Of a stretch of 64,000 nucleotides of DNA, positions 59,301-64,000 are shown piece after piece. The stretch lies in the NCBI GenBank assembly GCA_965153285.1, contig OZ229117.1, one strand, 5' to 3'. The first letter of the stretch is position 1. Every line of letters starts with the position of its first letter. The notes under the pieces are model-generated. The model searched no databases, was not told the DNA's origin, and worked only from the letters and a program-made list of their open reading frames with translations. Source of the DNA: Podarcis tiliguerta (Eukaryota). Both the position numbers and the translations under genes were made by a program.

Positions 59301-62300
59301 GGGTGAGAAGAAAGGAAAAGGATAACCTCAGTGAACAATAAATGAAAATGCATCTTCCAAGAAAAGCAGAAAGTGACTTGTGTATAATGCTACCCTAGAA
59401 GGATGTTATAGATTAGCACACACAAAAATAGCTTGCCGAAGAGTTAAGACAACAGCTGTCCCCTCTCTCCCTCTTGGCTATTCTCCTTCCTACTGGTCCT
59501 CGCCAACAAACAAGACATTGCTGTAAAAATAGGAAAAAACTGCACTTCCTGTCTGACTTTGGATGACTCAAGTTGTCTTCAAGATGAGAGCAGCACAAGT
59601 ACAGCAACTAAAGAAGTGACAGAAGAGAATGTGGCAAATCACAAAGGGAGTATACTTTTTAAAAGCACTCCTTTAATATTTGTTGCAAAGCCTTCCTTGT
59701 AAGACTTTAATCCTGCCAGGAACATCCATACATAAACTTTAAAAAGTGCTGCAAATTTGTCCAAGCAATACTTGATTACATGAACTGTAGGGCTAGCAGC
59801 AGAACACACTGCAAAGGGCAGGATTACAGCCCACTGCAGATTGTGCTTTTTTATAATGTCCAGGTAATTTGATGGGGAGCTCAGTACTTCCTATTAAAAA
59901 TGCAAGATTTTACTCCTTAAAACTGTGAACGTATATTAATAATTAATATTGTTATAGTTCTAGACCATCCATCACCCAAAGATAGTGGGGCGTCATGCAA
60001 CATAATATAAAACTACAAAACAAATATTAAAAATAATAATTAATGTAAAAATAAACTAATAGCTCTAGCAAAATATGTACAACCTCTAGTTTCTTCCAAA
60101 GGTCTGAGTAAATAAATGCTTCTTTGAAAGGCACCTAAAAAGCAGCACTTATGCTAGAAAGCATAAAGCATCACCAGCTGACTCTCTCCAAGGTCAGAGT
60201 GATAACTGTGGACAACTTTCTGTGGTTGAGGTACAGTCAACTATGTAGCTTTTTGCCTCTTACCATAGCTAGGAAGATTAGGACCACAGAAAATAATAAA
60301 AATGCAAGGAAAGGGGAAGTTAATCTACAGAATCTATACAAACTGCAGAATTCAGAATTTCCTAAGTTGGGAACAAAAGTTTAATTTCCCAAATATGGAA
60401 TACACGCATTCCCTTGCATAACATTTCTGATCACCTCAGGGAGGAGGAAAAGCAACAGAGAAAAAGGAGGCAATGAATTATACCCATAGACTTTGAATGC
60501 ATCTAAGTGAAATCTCTCTTTTCATCTGAACCTATACATCTTAACTTCAAAACACTGCAGGATTAGCCTAATTTAACTCTCTACCCCTACAGGAATAAGA
60601 ACCCTACTCACAACTCCACATAAAATGAGTATAAGATAGCACAAGTACGAAGGGGTTTCCTTTCCTTTATTAAGAACTTTGATTAAAGTGTTTGAAACAG
60701 AAGTCAGATTTCCAAATTACATCTAGTTTCCATTAACTACCAGTCATTTAGATCCCGTGTCTATAGAAGGCTCAGGTTTACCCGTAGTTGACAAAACAGT
60801 CATTATTCCCTTGAAACAGCATTTCAGCTTACCTTTCAGTTTTAGTTTGTTGTGAAATTCGCGATCTATTTCCTCTTTATTGAATTGTGCATTAGCACTT
60901 TCAAAGTCAAAGTCCTTCTCAAACTTCATTGGAACATCCCGTCTAATACCAAATCTTCCTCTGCCTCCCCGGTGACCCCCACGGCCCCTTCGTGCTGAAG
61001 GTGCACCTGGAACTGGGGAAAAATAGGTTTTGAAGGGACCTATAAACAAAAGACCTGCAGTTTCAGATTTGTTCTTGTAAGCAGCAACATAAAACTACTA
61101 TACTATACTATACATACCGGATGGAGAGCTTTCTGTCTGCCAAGCAGATATGATTACTAAACATCTGGCTGATCAAGATATATAATCTTCCATTGTTACA
61201 CTTTCCGCCACTATATAGCTTGAAGCCCCATCATATACTTCTCCTAATAACCTAAGAGCAGCTCTGCTGAATCAGGCCAAAGGCTTATCTAGGCCAGCAT
61301 TCAGTTCCCCCACTGTTCAACCATATGCCTCTGAGAAGTCCACAAAACAGGACACAAGTGCAACAGTCCCTTCCTGCTTGTGTCCCCCAGCAACTGCAAT
61401 TCAAAGGCAGGCTGCCACTAGTACTAAAGCTGCCGATAGCTTTACTCTCCAGGAATTTGTCTAATCCACTTTTAAAGTTGGCAGCCATCACTACATCTTG
61501 TGATATAATTCTAGAGTTTGTTTATTTATTAAGCTTATACCCTGCCTTTCTTCCCAAAGGAACCCAGGGCAACATAGTTTTTAACTATACAGTGGTACCT
61601 TAGTTTTTGAACGTCTCAGTTTTTTAACATTTCGGTTTTCAAACACGCCTCGGAAGTTGAACATGCCATGATGTGGCTTCCGTATTGAGGCTATCATTTT
61701 GAGTTTTTGAACGTTTTGGAACTCAAACAGTCTTCCAAAACAGATTACGTTCGAAAACCGAGGTACCATTGTACACTGTGTAAAACTAACCCTTTAAAAG
61801 GCTCTGATGTCCTGCAACAATCAATCCCACAAGACCAAATCCTTTCTTTTTTTATTTTAAACCCATTGCTTAACTATTTCGCTAGAGGGACATAAACATT
61901 TGTCACAGTGACTCAGTTCAGAAGTAAATGAAATAATGGTTTCCCATTATGAGAACACATAGCCACAGGTGCTGGGCTTGTACATGCTGCACCTCACCCA
62001 TCCCCTGTGCATGAGAAAGGAGGTACTTCTTTTTGCTGTTTGAAACAAATTGCATTATCGTATTAAGCTCCAGCACAGGAACTGTGGTTTGTTTAGGCCA
62101 GTTGATTAGAACATCATTTGATTTTTGTTTTTTTCCAACTAACTGCAGTTTGAACTACTTTCCTATATTTGGGTGTGGTTCAACGAAAGTGACTTTTAAA
62201 AAGCACTAGAGTTTTTATCCTTTCCAAAAACAAATTCAGTTTACCCATTTGACGTTTGCTTTCATTTCTCAGATGCTCTGCTTCAGATCTTGAAATCTTG

Positions 62301-62759
62301 TGTGCTTCAGCTAAGAACAAAGAATGCAGGGAACATTTTGTTATTTTTCATTTTCTGTATACTAACTGCGAGCATGTAAGGAAAAAATCTCTAAGGGCTG
62401 CATCAGGGCAGTACTGCCCTTGGAGAAGAGTGTGGGGGAAAACCCCACAAGTTAAGACTCCTATTCTGACAGAAATATTTCCCCAACCCACAATAGAAGC
62501 ATTCAGGCATAAGCCTCACCTTACTGCAAGCCATGCCATTTTACTGCAGGCTATTCTCGGTAGTGGCGCCCACCCTGTGGAATGCCCTCCCATCAGATGT
62601 CAAAGAGAACAACTACTAAACTTTTAGAAGACATCTGAAGGCAGCCTTGTTTAGGGAAGCTTTTAATGTTTGATGTATTATTGTATTTTAATATTTGGTT
62701 GGAAGCCGCCCAGAGTGGCTGGGGAAGCCCAGCCAGATGGGCAGGGTATAAATAATACA

Positions 62760-62790
<31 letters not shown>

Positions 62791-63173
62791 TATTATGCTT
62801 CATGACTCACAAATTTGTGTCTTCAGTGTCCACACTCAAGACACTGAACTTTAAAAATAGACATATGGGTTTCAAACTTTGAATCCAAACTTTGACAAAA
62901 GCAATTGCTAAGTCACTTTCAAAGAACAGCTTTTTCACTTTGGCAAGAAGTATCAACAGAGCTTAAAATAATCAAGCTCCAAAGGCCAAGTTCTACCTCT
63001 TCTGTGCTCCTGATTTTCCAATGATTTTTGACTAGCAGACCCTTGAGGTCTGGCTGAAACAGGACTCCTTCTCCCAACTGGTGCTGAAGCAGATAAGTGG
63101 GTTCCTGCTGTTTGTACAGCCTGCTCCAGGGTTGGGCTCTTTCTCAAATGGTCTAACGAAGGACTTGAGCGAC
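56302..63173 (-). CDS. LSM14A: LSM14A (RAP55A, P-body mRNP protein), last six coding exons; 5' exons lie beyond the window end
   Basis: Exons 62997-63173, 62245-62310, 60833-61012, 59117-59279, 57053-57293, 56302-56325. FDF motif ([12 protein letters not shown]), FFD box (KSFFDNISC), TFG box (RLNAETFG), two RGG regions, C-terminus KDNKVAA*. Confidence 0.96.
57053..57293 (-). CDS. LSM14A: LSM14A exon (~9) TFG box + RGG2
   Basis: 241 nt, [20 protein letters not shown]...REFADFEYR, ends in phase 0. Confidence 0.96.
57768..57956. mobile_element. hAT MITE
   Basis: CAGG...CCTG ends; 8-bp TSD ccttacat 57760-57767 / 57957-57964. Confidence 0.82.
58740..58840 (-). mobile_element. L2 LINE 3' end
   Basis: Reverse complement of the same 3' terminus as 62590-62795. 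Confidence 0.65.
59117..59279 (-). CDS. LSM14A: LSM14A exon (~8) FFD box
   Basis: 163 nt, [16 protein letters not shown]...[18 protein letters not shown]. Confidence 0.95.
60833..61012 (-). CDS. LSM14A: LSM14A exon (~7) RGG1 + FDF domain
   Basis: 180 nt, [14 protein letters not shown]...[31 protein letters not shown]. Confidence 0.96.
61590..61771. mobile_element. Tc1/mariner MITE, different internal sequence
   Basis: TA-CAGTGGTACCT...AGGTACCATTG-TA. Confidence 0.8.
62245..62310 (-). CDS. LSM14A: LSM14A exon (~6) [21 protein letters not shown]
   Basis: 66 nt, AG/GT flanks. Confidence 0.9.
62590..62795 (+). mobile_element. L2 LINE 3' end with (TTA)n tail
   Basis: GGAAGCCGCCCAGAGTGGCTGGGGAA...GGGTATAAATAAT; reverse copy at 58740-58840. 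Confidence 0.7.
62997..63173 (-). CDS. LSM14A: LSM14A exon (~5) [23 protein letters not shown]...ENQEHRR
   Basis: 177 nt, AG/GT flanks; numbering inferred from human. Confidence 0.93.
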
Positions 63174-64000
63174 CTGAAACAGAAATGACAACATCTTATG
63201 CCCAACTTTAGCATAAGTATTACTTTGAAGTCAATTATCTGCTTTCCCTAGTCAAGACAACTATGTCCAAAGAGGAAATGTTTTTGCAACTTTAGCTCCA
63301 CTAACCCAAGACTTAGGTCACATATATACATTGATTCTCCCTCAATTTTCAAAGGAAAAACAGGGTGAGATAGCTCATCTTTACCAATGCAGTTATTAGC
63401 AAATGCCTGTCACCCAGAACTGCAGCTACTCCCTTAGATGTCATGATTTCTTAAAATAAAATAAGCACTAACAGTGAGTAGTATGGATGCAGAAAAAATA
63501 GATATTGAAATAGTATCTAATTTAGCTGTTTAGGTGAGGCAGATCTTTTTATTTATCGGCTTCAGTCCAAGAGTCAGTGGCCCAGTTTGGATGCCACTAT
63601 AAACCATGTTTAACGGCTTGCTATTAATGCAGACAATGTTCCTCCCTAGCAAAGGCAAGCCATAATCTCTGGCTCTGCTCTAGGTTCATAGCTTGCAAGC
63701 CAAAAAACAAACACTGGCTTCACATAGTAGTCTGTTTGGAAGAAAAATCACAATGATCCCCAGGGGTTGAGATTTGTTGTCCCCACTAGCAGAATACACC
63801 TAAAAGATTATTCAAGCAACTTGGAACACAAGCTCACTTTCAGTGATAGGAGACAAGGCTAATTCTGCACAAAGAAGGAGAAGAGTGGTTCACATGTCAT
63901 GCTAAATCATGGCTTAGCAATACATGCATGAGCAGGAAGGTGTTGACATGAGTCTTTGGCTAGTGCATTCCTCCTGTGCCATGTTTGCATATCACACAAC

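Overview
Vertebrate genomic DNA, almost certainly a squamate and probably a lacertid lizard (Sauria/POM-type SINEs, Squam3-like SINEs with TTC tails, BovB, CR1, L2, hAT and Tc1/mariner MITEs). Four protein-coding genes lie head-to-tail on the minus strand. In transcription order: the 3' half of LSM14A (last 6 coding exons, ~1.9 kb 3'UTR), complete PDCD2L (7 exons, 381 aa), complete UBA2/SAE2 (17 exons, 638 aa), and WTIP exon 1 followed by >16.9 kb of intron 1. All exon boundaries were traced by hand as GT-AG with consistent phase. Main surprise: LSM14A abuts PDCD2L with only ~1.8 kb between them, whereas in human GARRE1 (KIAA0355) and GPI lie between these genes. The new adjacency also makes an in-frame LSM14A-PDCD2L read-through splice possible. 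Other leads: a 1150-bp TSD-flanked non-coding retroelement with CTCF/YY1-like motifs in UBA2 intron 6, a candidate GC-donor poison exon in LSM14A, and phase-compatible UBA2-WTIP read-through. Comparisons with other species and repeat family names come from memory and need database confirmation.
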